Shown here: in pieces, positions 10,645-23,369 of the stretch | Position numbering within the stretch: the stretch's first letter is position 1 | Layout: each line of letters opens with the position of its first letter | Source of the DNA: Selaginella moellendorffii | Lineage: Eukaryota; Plantae; Lycopodiophyta | Assembly: GCF_000143415.4 (NCBI RefSeq) | Contig: NW_003314342.1 | Span: 519,569-583,568 of the forward strand | Reading direction: 5' to 3' | DNA: 64,000 nt | Notes under the pieces: model-generated | The model's database searches: none | What the model was told of the DNA's origin: nothing | What the model saw: only the letters and a program-made list of their open reading frames with translations | Translations under genes and position numbers: made by a program

Positions 10645-13597
10645 GTGCGATATTATTCCAGGAGGGTTCTTTAGAACTTACTAGTAAAGATCTTATCTCG
10701 ATCTGAGATGGTTTCTTTTGGCCTTCCCCGCACTCGAACCACTTGTTCAAAGAACAGTTTTGCCACACCTTCTGCATCTATTTCTGTTGTGGTGGGTATG
10801 AAATGTGCCATCTTCAAAACTCGGTCCACCACCACGAATATCGCATCAAACCCCTCACTTGGGGGGAGTCCCGTGATGAAGTCCATCGTAAGACATTTCC
10901 ACGGGCGATCTGGAATTGGGATGCTTTGTAACAAACCCCCACTAGCCTTAGTTACGGCTTTGACCTGGGACATGTCTTTATCTTGGATGTCCTTAGCCAT
11001 ATCTGGCCAGTGATACTTCCTTTTGAGTAAGCCTATCGTCTTAGACACTCCACCATGTCTCGCAAGAGGTCTGTCATGACACTCTTCTAAGGCTACCTTC
11101 TTTAGTTCCCCTTTTGGAACATACACCCTCGTTTGTTTATAATATATGAATTCATTTCATTTCGCATAGCATGTTTTCTCTTCTGTTGGCAACTCACCTC
11201 TCTGGTGAGCTTCTCGCGCCTCTTGGTTCCTCAACAACACTTCTTGTGCTAGACTATCGCTCTCATACGTTGTCCGCACATCGTCCCAAAAGGTTGCTGT
11301 CACGCTAAATATTGCCAACTTCAAGCTTGCTTTTTGACTTAGAGCATCTGCCACGATATTGCTCCTCCTAAGTTTATACAGAATCTCGCAATCAAACTCA
11401 ACCAAAGCGTTGGCCCACCAACCTTGTTTTCCTCTTAAGTCGGGTTGTGATAAGAAGTGTTTCATTGCCACATTATCAATGTAAACTTTGAAGTGCCTCC
11501 CAAGGTAGTGTCGCCACTCCTTGAGTGCCTTGACCACCGCAAATAATTCCTTCTCGTGGGTAGGCCACTTTCGTTAAGCCTTGTCCAACTTCTTCGAGAA
11601 GAATGCTACTGGATGGTTGTCTTGCTTCAAAACTGCACCCAACGCAAAGTCGAAAGCATCTGTTTCTACCTCAAAGTCCTTACCAAAGTTGGGTAGCGCC
11701 AACACGGGGGGTCTTCCTCAACTTCCCTTTGAGGTGGACAAATGCCGCCTCGCATTCCGTTGTCCATACCATTTTCTCTTTACCCGTTTAATTCGTTAAG
11801 AGCAAGGCTACTCTCGAATAGTGTTTGATAAACTTTCAGTAGTAGTTGTATAGCCCCAAGAACGCCTTCAACTCATGTACATTCGATGGTCACTCCCATT
11901 CCTGGATCACTTGGACCTTCTTAGGGTCCACCTTGAGCCCGTCCTTGCCCACCACATGCCCGAGAAACTTTACCTCTTGTTGAGCAACATCACATTTGCT
12001 CTCTTTAGCATATAGCTTGTGTTCCCTTAGTTTTTTAAACACCTTCGTCAAGTGTTCGGCATGCTCCTCTAGCATCTCACTATAAATCAAGATGTCATCA
12101 ATATAGATGACTACGAAGTGATCCAGATAGGGTACAAAAATATGGTTCATCAGCACCGAAAACGTTACCAGTGCATTGCACAGCCCAAAGGGCATCACCA
12201 AAAACTCGAAGCTTTCATACCTTGTTCGACAGGTTGTCTTCTCGACATCTTCCTCTGCTACCCTGATCTAGTAGTATCCTGATCTTAAGTCAATACTTGA
12301 GAAGTATTTTGCCTTTCCCAACTTATCGAACAAGTCTTCAATCTTTGGCAAAAGGTACTTGTTTTTCTTTGTATACTTGTTAAGCAACCAGTAGTCTATG
12401 CATATGCACATAGATCCATCTTTCTTTTTCACAAATAACATCGACGTTTTATACGGCAACTTGCTCAACCTAACATACCCTTTGTCTACCAATTCTTCTA
12501 GTTAGTGCTTGAGCTCTTCGAGTTCCTTTTCATTCAAACAATAAGGGGGACGAACCACCACCTTAGCACCCTCGACCAGCTCAATCTTGTGTTCTATCGG
12601 TAGTGCGGGGGGTAACCCCGCTAGTAGCTCCTTTGGCATGGTATCCTGGAATTGGTCCAACACCTACTGGATCACTAAAGGTACTTCTTCCGTTCCTGTC
12701 TTTTTGTCACTCTTCATCAAGAGTAAGCATAAAAATGTTGCCTTGATTCCTTTAGTGAGTTGTCCTCTCATGGACACCAGGTTTAAGCAGGAGTCTTTAA
12801 CCTTACATTGCCCTACTTTTAAATCCTAGGCCTCCACCCTAGATCGTTCTCCCCAGGCATTCACCAGTACCACAAAGGTCCTCCCTTGTCCATGTAGGGC
12901 TACTATGAACCACTTCGACTCTCACTTGTCGAAGTATCTCATCGGTGCTTTGGCTATTTTGAACAAACTCTATCGTCCTTGGTTCACCTAGCTGTTGCAC
13001 CGTTAGTCTGGCTTGCCGGACTATGTCTGCAACCACAAAATTATCCGAAGCACCCGTGTCAATAAGGATCTTAACAAAGTTACCTCTGAGCTTCCCTCGG
13101 AGGGTTAGTTGATGTTGCGAACGACTCTCTACCAAAGTTGCTAGTATAATGAGTAACTTTGAGCTAGGGACTGGATCACATACCTTAATTTGGACTTCAC
13201 CTGACTTAATGACCATATTGGCTCTAGCCTTCTTCGGGTAGGAACATTCTCTCGAAAAATGTCCTGCTTCACCGCAATTGTAGCATACGTTGTTTCCCAC
13301 GCTACTAGCAAACTTGACCTTCTTATCCATGGGTTTGTCTCTTTTTGCTTAACTCCCCCATGTACTTGCTCGCTGGCCATTGGATTTGCCTTTTTTGGAA
13401 CACAGAGGATTCATTCTTAAAGAAACTCTTCTTGAATTTCCCTTTGCTATATGTTCCCCTTGGTTTGGCCCTTTTGCTAAACATGGACCCTGACCCCGTC
13501 GTGTTCCCTTTTCGCAGGTTATCATTGACATGCACTTTGATAGTTGCATCTAACGCTTCATTGTAGTTGGTCGGGTTCCAACACATCATCTGGTTAT
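10645..13597 (-). mobile_element. Truncated Ty3/gypsy gag-pol, same family as 1-4866, no LTRs
   Basis: Zinc knuckle CYNCGEAGHFSREC, protease LIDTGAS, RT YIDDIL, RNase H, integrase N-terminal half; high similarity to 1-1560; multiple stops. Confidence 0.93.
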
Positions 13598-14175
13598 AGT
13601 GATTTTACAAGTGGTATGTTCTAAGGTGGATAACCCAAAACTCTTAACTGATTAAAAAAAAATGCATTCTTATTCATAGATAATTCCCTTAGCATATGTG
13701 TTCATGGGTTAAGTTCCACTCCATGGTTATGCTATGGTAAAGTATTATAAGATATTTGGTGTCATAATAGTTTGATTTACATCTTCTCTCATCTCAAATT
13801 TCTATTGAATTAATCTTGTTCTATTTTTCATTTTATCTTGCTTAATATGTATCATAATATAATTCTAGATGCTCTTTAGTGGCACAAAGATAACTTAACC
13901 TATTTTTAAATTATATATTGACTATAGGAAATAGAAATACTATATTCAGAAATAGGATTCTTGATATCTAAAATAAATAAATAAATATATATATATATAA
14001 AATTTAAATAAAATTTTGTTTTTATTTTAAAATAAAAATATTTAATAGATATTAGATAAAATAAGAAAAAAAATATATTAATAACTGATTCATATTATAT
14101 AAAAAGTGAAGATAATATAAGAGGAACAAATACATACATATAAAGCTTATAGAAAGGATAAAAGTATTAAGACAC

Positions 14176-14209
14176 TGTGAGTGCATGGAATATGGAACAG
14201 GCCCTCACA
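14176..14209. mobile_element. 34-bp TG...CA LTR remnant with ACAC TSD
   Basis: Absent from copies A and C; TGTGAG/CTCACA terminal inverted repeat; ACAC at 14172-14175 and 14210-14213; ends GGCCCTCACA like the LTR ending at 23336. Confidence 0.7.
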
Positions 14210-14478
14210 ACACCAAACTTAAAGTCCTTAAGAAACTGGAGTAAAACATTATTAATTTGTTTTATGCTTGAAGACTATTTATGGCATTTTTATTTTAAAG
14301 GAAAATTCAAAGTAAGAATTTCCAGTATGACTTTAAACTCTTTATTAATTAATATTCAGAAAGACATTTTATATAATGGTAACTTAGAATTTTAAAATTT
14401 TATTATTTACACAATATATAAATTGAAATATAGTTTTATTAACTACTACCTAGATAGAAAACAGAGAACTCAAGAATT

Positions 14479-14919
14479 ATGTTGTGGGTTTTTCTTATTA
14501 TTCTTTTGAATTAATTATACCTGTCAAATATCTCTATCATCAAATTAGAAAAATAATTTATATAATCTCCAAAATCAGACTACAGTTTATCATGATTTTA
14601 ATATGAAATCAGTCAATAAAACTAGAGATAATAAATTAGATGATTATGATTGGAAGCCTGATATGATTTCAAGTGTGAGAACATGTAATACATATGGAAA
14701 TGCTATAGTATGGTGTTATAGCTATGATTTCAAAAGGAAATATTTTGATCATACATTTTATCAAGAATGCCATTTTTATTTACACAAAACTTATTTTATT
14801 GGTGTAACATTTAATGGCGAGGGATTACAACAGGTTGGTATGGATGGCAAAATTGGGCTTTTACAGGAAATTGGGAGAGAAGAAACACACAAACTGTGAA
14901 ATTTCTTGCTGGATATTAA
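14479..14919 (+). pseudogene. YvgO-like paralog, pseudogene
   Basis: Collinear with 7623-8072; premature TAG at codon 24 and a 7-bp deletion (TTTGAAA) near 14827. Confidence 0.85.
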
Positions 14920-15438
14920 AGAACATTTAACTCTAAATAAAGAATATTTAATACTTAACAATAAAAGTTCTTAATATTATAAATTATTTATGTAAAATAC
15001 CATTTTTATTTAAAATTGAATATGAATAAAAGAAAATTTAGCTTTTACACATTACTATTTCTACATAATTTTCTGTGGCAGCTAAAAATGTATTAAAAGA
15101 CCAAAACAGCCTTTTACCACTTTAAGGAGAAGCACTAGAAAAAAGTACCACTTCAATACCTTTAATTATCTTACAACAAGGCACCTTGGGGATTACAAAT
15201 TTTCATATTACGCCTAAAAAGGTGTATCACTAATGTAAGTCTCTACTTTACTTAGAAGCATTAGTAGAGTGACCAAATGCCATCATCCCCAAGGGGGTAA
15301 ACCCACCCTCAGCTCAAGCTTCCTTCCTATGTTTGTTCCTGTAGTATGTACCTCTTTCTCTCCATGTATATATAGTACATATCACTCTTCAAATTTTTAC
15401 CAGTGTCATCTCTCCTAGTAATCAAATAATATTATACT

Positions 15439-15473
<35 letters not shown>

Positions 15474-16692
15474 ATACATATGAAGGAAAATTATTTTTTA
15501 GAAATGTTTTTAATCTAATAATATATATTAGTGTGACAATTAGAGCTTAAGTTTGCCTTTATTTTTTATGATTTAGCTATTATCAATGTATTTCTTATGT
15601 TACTTAATCGATAAAAAATATCATTACTTTTTCTTAAGGATTTTTGTTATGGTACCATAAAAGTTCATATGGTGATTAATATGGCTAATTGTATTAATAA
15701 GGGCTCTTCACTTTCCAATTTTACATATATTATGGAGAAAACTTCAACTTATTAGTAACAAAAATGTTTCTTTTGCCAAACTTCAATTGGGCAGTGAAAC
15801 AGCCTAGAGTGAGTTACAGCTCAAAGTTTTAGCTAGGAAAAGATATTAATAAGAAAACCTAATTATGAGCTAGCAAGCCATGACATCTTATATGGCATAT
15901 TACTATGTCCTAATATCAATCGCATCCTTGCATCTTGTGATGGCACTCCAATGGTAAGTTCCTTTGTCTTGGTGATGCTTTTTGCATAGAAACATTAGCT
16001 TGAGAGATTTGTCCAAACTCATGACATCAATTTTAAATTTAATTTTTGTGTGGCCAACACCTTGATAACATGGATGCTTGGAAGTATAGGGTATAAAAAG
16101 GCTCCATGCCAACAATTTGAGAACAGAAATTTCTCTAAATACTTCTCTTTTTTCTCTCCTCTTGGCATTGCTATGGATTCACTGCTTCGAGCAACAGCAA
16201 TCTAGTGATTTCTTTTATAGTGTAAAGTTTAGCCAGATATACTACTCATTATTTTTACTAGTCTTGAACTACAACTTTGCATCTTTTTATTCTTCATTAG
16301 TTCAGCAAGCCTGTCCTAAGTTTTCTGGCCCTTTCTTGTGTTAAAGGCTTTTCAGGCAGCAACTTTGGAGAGCTTATGAACTAGCTTGATTTAATCAGAC
16401 AAGCTGGCCATGCTATGAGCAATAATCTGTCTATGGTCAGGTTTTGTGAAATAGAGATATTGAATGCTTTGTGTTGGCAATTAGTACAATAAGTTCTTGA
16501 ACTAGACTACAAATATTAGTTACCCTTAAACTTCCTTTTGATAAAGACTACATAGCAGTTTATTAATAAGGAGCATCTTACAAAATTGTTAATATTATTA
16601 TTGTAAAACTGTTTTTCTAGTGTATATAAGACTAGTAATAAATCAGTAAATCAATCAAGCTATGGTGCTCAATAATTATTCTATTTGTATAT

Positions 16693-17785
16693 CCGACCAA
16701 ACAAGTCACCTTATGGAGCGCCAGTCCTCTTTATTATGAAAAAGGATGGAACCATAAGGATGTGTATTGATTATTAGGCACTCAACAAGATCACGGTCAA
16801 AAATAGTTATCTTTTGCATTGCATTATTTGTTTGACCAACTCTTAAAGGTTAAGTATTTTACACAACTTGATTTGTGGTCCAGGTATCATTAGATATAGG
16901 CAACAGATCAGAATGTGGAGAAAACAGTTTTTAAGACTTGGTACGGATCTTATGAGTTCCTTGTCATGTCGTTTGGGTTATGCAATGCTCTAGCAATATT
17001 AATCACAATGATGGATAGAATATTTAGAGATTATTTATACATATTTGTTCCCTTATATATTGACAATATTCTAGTCTTCAGTGAAATGTTGGAGGATCAT
17101 TTAAAACACTTAGAGCTGATATTTCAGAAGTTGCGTGAACACAAATTGTATGCTAAGGAAAGTAAATGTGCTTTTGGACAATTGCACATGAATTTTCTTG
17201 GGCATATATTGGTGGTGGCATAATTGAGGTGGACCCAAAGAGGGTGGAAGTGGTGAAGTTCTAGCAAGTCCCGACCACTATATCAGATGTTTGTTCTTTT
17301 CTCGGTTTGGCAAGATACTATCACAAGTTTGTCTGCAATTTTGCAAGAATTACTCTTCCATTGACTGAGTTAATGAAAAGTAATATATTGTTTCACTGGA
17401 CACTAGCTTGTCAACATGCTTTTGTATGGATGAAGGAGATCTTGACTATGGTTCCTATTCTCAAGATCCTAGACCTCAATAAACCCTTTTGAAGTGCATT
17501 ATGATGCATCTGGCTATGTTATAGATGTTGTGTTACAACAAAATTGTGATAATGCGATTGGTGTTATGCTAAGGCAACACAGTTGTCCCATTGCGTTTTA
17601 CTCCAAGAAATTGAATGAAACCTAACGAAGATGGCTAACGCACAAAAAAAAAATGTTTGTTATAGTGTTGGCATTAGAACATTGAAGACACTATTTGGGT
17701 GAACATACAAAGGTTTATACAGATAATAACACACTGAACTATTTTGCTATGCAGCCAAAGCTTATGTTGAAGCAGTGTCCTAGAG
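16693..17785 (+). mobile_element. Degenerate gypsy RT/RNase H fragment
   Basis: [28 protein letters not shown], RNase H DAS-like motif; many stops. Confidence 0.9.
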
Positions 17786-17786
17786 A

Positions 17787-18640
17787 TTAACTCCTGGTAC
17801 TAAGGGAGGCTAAAGCATGTTCCTTAAGGGATGGGGGGCAGGGGGCTATGAAGGGTTCCAAATGTATAGTAGGGATAGTGGTTGGAATGCATGTTTGACC
17901 ACTTGAAATATTAATTTGGTTCCCGCTAGGCTGTGTTGCTCTTTGTTTTGCATTCGATTTAAGTCTAAGCTTAAGCTCCACGCTGCTCTAGTCAGTGGAG
18001 TACCCTCCTCTTTGTGTTAGGCCACTGGTATACCAAAATCATGCTAGACACCATTTAACACCGTTTTGTATGCAAGTGCTGGATACGGGGAGCTGGTGCT
18101 TGTGGGATTGTATCAGACCCTCATTTTGTAGCACAACAGGCTTGGAGTTCATATCCAAATTTAAATGCACTACAAAGACGATGCAATTGTTGGAAGATAT
18201 TATCATAATTGTTGGCATGTCCGAATGCGTATTTGAAGATGTCTGGGAGAATACTCCAATCCCCAAGAGTGGCTACACTCAAACCATTGTACCACTGCAA
18301 TGCTATCCCTTAAAGACATATAGGAAACTCATGCAAACATCAAGCATTATCCCAAGAATGATATGTAGCAATCACCGTGAAGTGATCGAACCAATAGTAC
18401 ACATCAACCCTAGGATTCCCATGAAAGAACTCTGACCGAACGCGAGGATTAGCACCAAGAGCAGGAAGAGCTATAACACGTGCCGTGAATGCCGCCATCA
18501 ATTAAGTTTGGTTGTTCAATTGCAATCGCATAGCATCAAACAGTTGCACCAACTACTGCTCCAGAGTCAAAAGAGGAGGAGACTATTGCTCTGCCATAAA
18601 GATGAATGAAAAAGAAAGAGTAAAAGAAATGAAATAAAAA
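17787..18640. mobile_element. LTR fragment (~17790-17990) plus decayed duplicate of the gag 5' region of the element at 18640-23336
   Basis: GGGTTCCAAATGTATAGTAGGGAT block matches 5267-5290; 18175-18630 aligns with 22545-22990. Confidence 0.75.
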
Positions 18641-21600
18641 AAGCTCCTGATTCCTTTGTATGAAGTGTTTCAACTGCTGCACATGCATAATCTCTTGAGG
18701 ATCAGCCTGCTAAACGTCATGCCGAACCTCATAAACTTGTGGTCCAACTTGCCGCAACACCCGATATGGTCCTTTCCACTGTGCAAGGAGCCTCTTAGAT
18801 AAACCACGTACTGTAAGATGGGGAAAACAGACTAACACCAAATCATCCACTTTGTACTTTGCAGGTGGACGATGATGGGAGTTGTAGTGCCGTTGTTATC
18901 CCACTTGTACGCGGCCTAAGTGTTCAGCAGACTCCGGACAAGTGGAAGAATGCTTGTTAAATATTGATCCCATGATCTAGCATCCGCAACTCGTGGCAAT
19001 CGCGAAGGTAAACCCAGCTCCGTTGGTAATATTGGATCATAACCATATAGGAGATTATATGGTGAAGCACCAACAGAACTCTGCACCCCAATGACATATG
19101 CATACCGAAGAGACGGCAAATAACCATCCCAATCCGAATGCTGAAAGTTCACATACTTCGCAATCATCCCCTTGAACGTCCAAACGAGCCGTTCCACCAG
19201 ACCGTCTGATTGTGGATGATAAGCACTCGTGAAAGTGTGGCGAATCCCCAACCGAGACGTCAAAACATGAAATGCCTCAGCCATAAATGCAGGACCATTA
19301 TCTGAAAGAATTCGCTCTAGACAAGAATGCTAGAACACCACTCAATTGAGGAGGAAGTAGCCAACAGCAGTTGCAGAGGCACTAGCAAGAGCACTAACTT
19401 CCACCCAACGAGTCAAATAGTCAGAAGCAATAATAACATACTCATTGCCAGCAGTCGACCGTGAAAAAGGTCCCATAAGATCAAACGCCACCAACTCAAA
19501 CGGACGGGAAACTACAATTGACTCCAACCGTCCTTCCGCAGCCCGAGGGGGAGTATTACGAGCTTGGCACCAAATGCAGCTACGCACATACCGGATAATA
19601 TCACATCACACCTCCTGCCAATAGAAAAACCTGCGTAGCTTCTCGATTACACAACGATGTCCTATATGCCCACCTAGAACAGGAGAATCATGGTAGGTAT
19701 GGAGAAACCGTGGAATAAAGATAAAAGGCACCACCAACCGTAAATGATCATTAGGATCTATCCCCACAAGATAAAGAAGGCCATCTTCAAGACGATATTG
19801 AAAATGTAAATGCCGGAAAGGCAAGTCATCAGCAAGTGATGCAGGATTCTCAAACCCATCTTGAAGCCTTCGAATCCATGGCTCAATCTTTTGAGCCTCA
19901 CGAACCTCATCAAGTGAAGGTAGATCTTGCTCTGCACCTTGTGGACACTGAACATCAAGTACAACAACCGCCAACGGCATAGAATCCTCGTCTAGAAAAT
20001 CCATAGATGCTGGAACGACAGGCTCGTTAGAAACATTAGAAGAGAGTGAAGAAGGAAGAGGAGCTCGAGAAAGGGCATTAGCATCAGCCATAGAACTCCC
20101 TAGGCGGTGAACAACATCAAAATCATATATCTGAAGCTTCAAAGCCCACCGAGCAGTACGACCAACCAAGTTCTTCCGCTTTAATAACGAAGTAACAGCA
20201 GCATGGTCACCTTCAAGTAACGTCCAAGAACCATGTAGATATGCATGAAGTTTCTCGAAACCCCAGACTGCTGCTAAACACTCCTTCTCTGTCGTGGAGT
20301 AGTTCATCTCTGCTGGTTGTAATGTACGGTTTATATATGCAATGGGATGGCGCTGACCAGGCACACTCAAGCTCTCTTGCATTAACACACCTTCAAGACC
20401 AATGTCAGAAGCATCCACGCGCAAAATAAAAGGTCGAGTCTAGTCAGGATATGCTAAAATCAGAGGAGTTGTCAATAACTCTTTGAGATCCTTGAATGCC
20501 CGCTCACAATCCGGAGACCAGATGAAAGATAACGTTGATGACTTCAGCAACGCTCGCAATGGTGCAGTGCGATTAGAAAGATGATCCACAAAACGCCCGA
20601 GATACTGCACCTTGCCCAAGAAGCGCTGCACATCATTCACAAACTTCAAAGTAGGGAACTTTAGAACAGCCACAAGTTTGTCATGATCAACTTGCAAACC
20701 CTCACGAGAAATACGGTACCCAAGATAAATTGTGTCCTTGGATCCAAACACACACTTCGACTGCTTCAGCTTTAAACCAACATCGCGTAGCCGATCCAAC
20801 ACTTTACAAACATCACAAACGTGCTCTTCCTACGTCCCCTCTGAGTAGATCAAGACATCATCAATGAAGTCAGTAGTCACCTCCGGCATATCGCAAAGAA
20901 CCTCGTCCATCATCCGTTGAAAAGTTGCTGGAGCATTGTTCAAACCAAATGGCATCACCAAGAACTCATACAAACCAAATGGTGTACGAAAAACAATCTT
21001 AAAAATATCTTCTTCGGCCATCGGTACTTGCCAGTGCCCAGAAGCAAGATCTAGCTTGGTGAACCAACGACTTTGCCCCAGATGATCTAAGAGATCAGCA
21101 GTGTGAGGAAGAGGGTACACATCCGGGATCGTTACGTCGTTTAACGGACGATAGTCAATGCAGAAACAAATACTCCCATCAGGCTTCGTCACAAGATGAG
21201 GTTCACATGCCCAAGGACTCCGCGACTTCCGAATAACACCCTTCTCTAACATCTCCTTGACATTTGCATGTAAAATCTTGATCCCTTTGGTGACCGACAA
21301 CAAACAGGAACCTTGATTGGACGAGCATCCCCAGTTGGAATCGGATGACGTGTAGCAATCTTGGCTTCAGACGATAGGTCAAAGTCAAAGAGATCAGAAT
21401 ACTCCTTCATGAGCCGATCAACTGCTGCAACACAAAGATCGTCGGAAGGATCGAAAAAGGGAAGAGCAGAACAAGATGGAAACATAGGAGGAAATAGTGG
21501 GGAAACAAAAGTAATGGAAGCAAAGGTAGAAGTAGAGGGACGAAGAAGTACGGAAGTGAAAGGAATGGATGAAACATAAGAAAGTATAAGACAAGGGGGA

Positions 21601-23336
21601 GAAGCCTCGAAGTCACACTTGGCATGATTGCACTACAACCAATCCATACCAAGAATGAGGTCAAAAGCTTGACTCGACACCATCTGCAACGACTGTAACT
21701 CAAGCTCGAGATCGCCCACACGCACAACCAAGTCTGCCTCATCCCGTGCACATGCATGTGTATGGCCATTGTCATAAAGAATGAAAACTGGTTCCGCTGC
21801 ATGATGCAAGTGTAGATAACAACGTGTGGCAACAGGTCGAGCAATAGAAGATAAACTCGAACCTGTATCAACCAACACGGAGAGAATAATAGGAGACCTT
21901 TTGTTATAAAGACAAGCTTGGAAAGTAAACACTGAATGAACTGGTGCCGAGTGAACCCCTTGATGATACTCCAGAAAGAAAGATGAAAAGGTCACTGACT
22001 TATTCACGCAAGGTCCCTCCGTTACTCACGCAACTTCTCGTTTCCCGGATGCATCTCGGTGTCCAAACCTTCCACTGCAGCAGCACCAACGGGACGTTGC
22101 TGACGCCAAGGTCTCCACCCAGGAAATGGAGGTCGCCAATCCAAAAAACGCCGACAATGCCGACAACGCCGATAAGTATAACCAACTTCATCACATGCCC
22201 AACAGCGAATATCACGGCCACGACCACGTCCTCACCCTTGGCCTTGGACTTGAGCAGCAACAGCATCAACCTCCATGGGAACAGGACCATCACCCACAGG
22301 AAGTGGAGCTGAAGGACGTGCAGCGAGAAGTGGAAGAGGCGACATCTCATAACGTTGTGCCAAGCAAAGAGCATCGTCAAGGGTGGCAGGAGCAAGTGCA
22401 TATACAGTCCGACAAGATCTTGACGAAGTGCTGGCCACAACATTCCTAGCTTGATCCGCTCCGACATATTTGGCTCCGCACGAAGCAAAAGATTTCGGAA
22501 ACGAACACCAAATTGCATCACCAACTCAGATGGCCCTTGGCGAAGACGATGCAATTGTTGGAAAGCATCATCATAGTCATCGGCATGTCCAAAGGTGCGT
22601 TTGAAGACATCGGGAAGAACACTCCAATCCCCATAAGTGGCTGCTCCCAAACTGTTGTACCACTGCAATGCCTTGGAAACACGTGGGAAACTCACGCAAA
22701 CCTCGAGCATTATCCCAAGAATGATATGTGGCAATCACCGTAAAGTGATCGAACCAATGGTACACATCATCCCCAGGATTCTCGCGAAAGAACTCCGGCC
22801 GAACACGAGGATTGGCACCAAGAGCAGGAGGAGTTGTACCATGTGCTGTGAACGCCGCCATCAATTGAATTTGGTTGTTCAATTGCAAGCACATAGCATC
22901 AAACAATTGTACTAATTGTTGCTCCAGAGTCAAAGGAGGAGATTACTGATCTGCCATAAAGACGAATGAAAAAGAAAGAGCAAAAGAAGAGAAATGACAA
23001 AAAGCTAGAAGGAAATGATAGATCTAGACAATGCAAAAAGTTAGATCTAAACCAAAATCCTGAAAAGAAAGAACAAAATAAAGGAAATGGAAAAAGCTAG
23101 ATTTAGACAATGCAAAAGCTAGATCTAAATTGAAATCCCAAATCCAAGCACTCCCTAGGGACAATCAAAGGTGCCCCTCATCTCCACTAATATGAAATGT
23201 GCATATCAATTAACCCAAAAACCCTAGTTTATATATAGGAGCGAGTGGTCCAGATTGAAACTAATCCAACGGCTACAAAAATCCCACTACACTAATCTTA
23301 GTATATGGCATTGTAGCCATACACTTGGCCCTCACA
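18640..23336 (-). mobile_element. Non-chromovirus Ty3/gypsy element: short 5' LTR, PBS, gag, protease, RT, RNase H, integrase; 3' end lost
   Basis: Retrotransposon gag with PVPMEVD, protease LVDTGSS, RT FIDDVL, RNase H VDASD, integrase AYHPQSDGLVER and GPY. No chromodomain seen. LTR 23193-23336 with a TATATA on the minus strand. Confidence 0.92.
23174..23189 (-). promoter_or_regulatory. Primer binding site resembling the complement of the tRNA-Ala 3' end
   Basis: Minus strand TAGTGGAGATGAGGGG, 3 nt after the LTR end, versus TGGTGGAGATGCGGGG recalled for plant tRNA-Ala. Confidence 0.65.
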
Positions 23337-23369
23337 CACACACACACACACACACACAGATATATATAT

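Larger units (their letters stand above)
13602..16692 (+). repeat. Segmental duplication copy B
   Basis: Collinear with 6801-8690 and with ~23370-26355. Confidence 0.9.
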
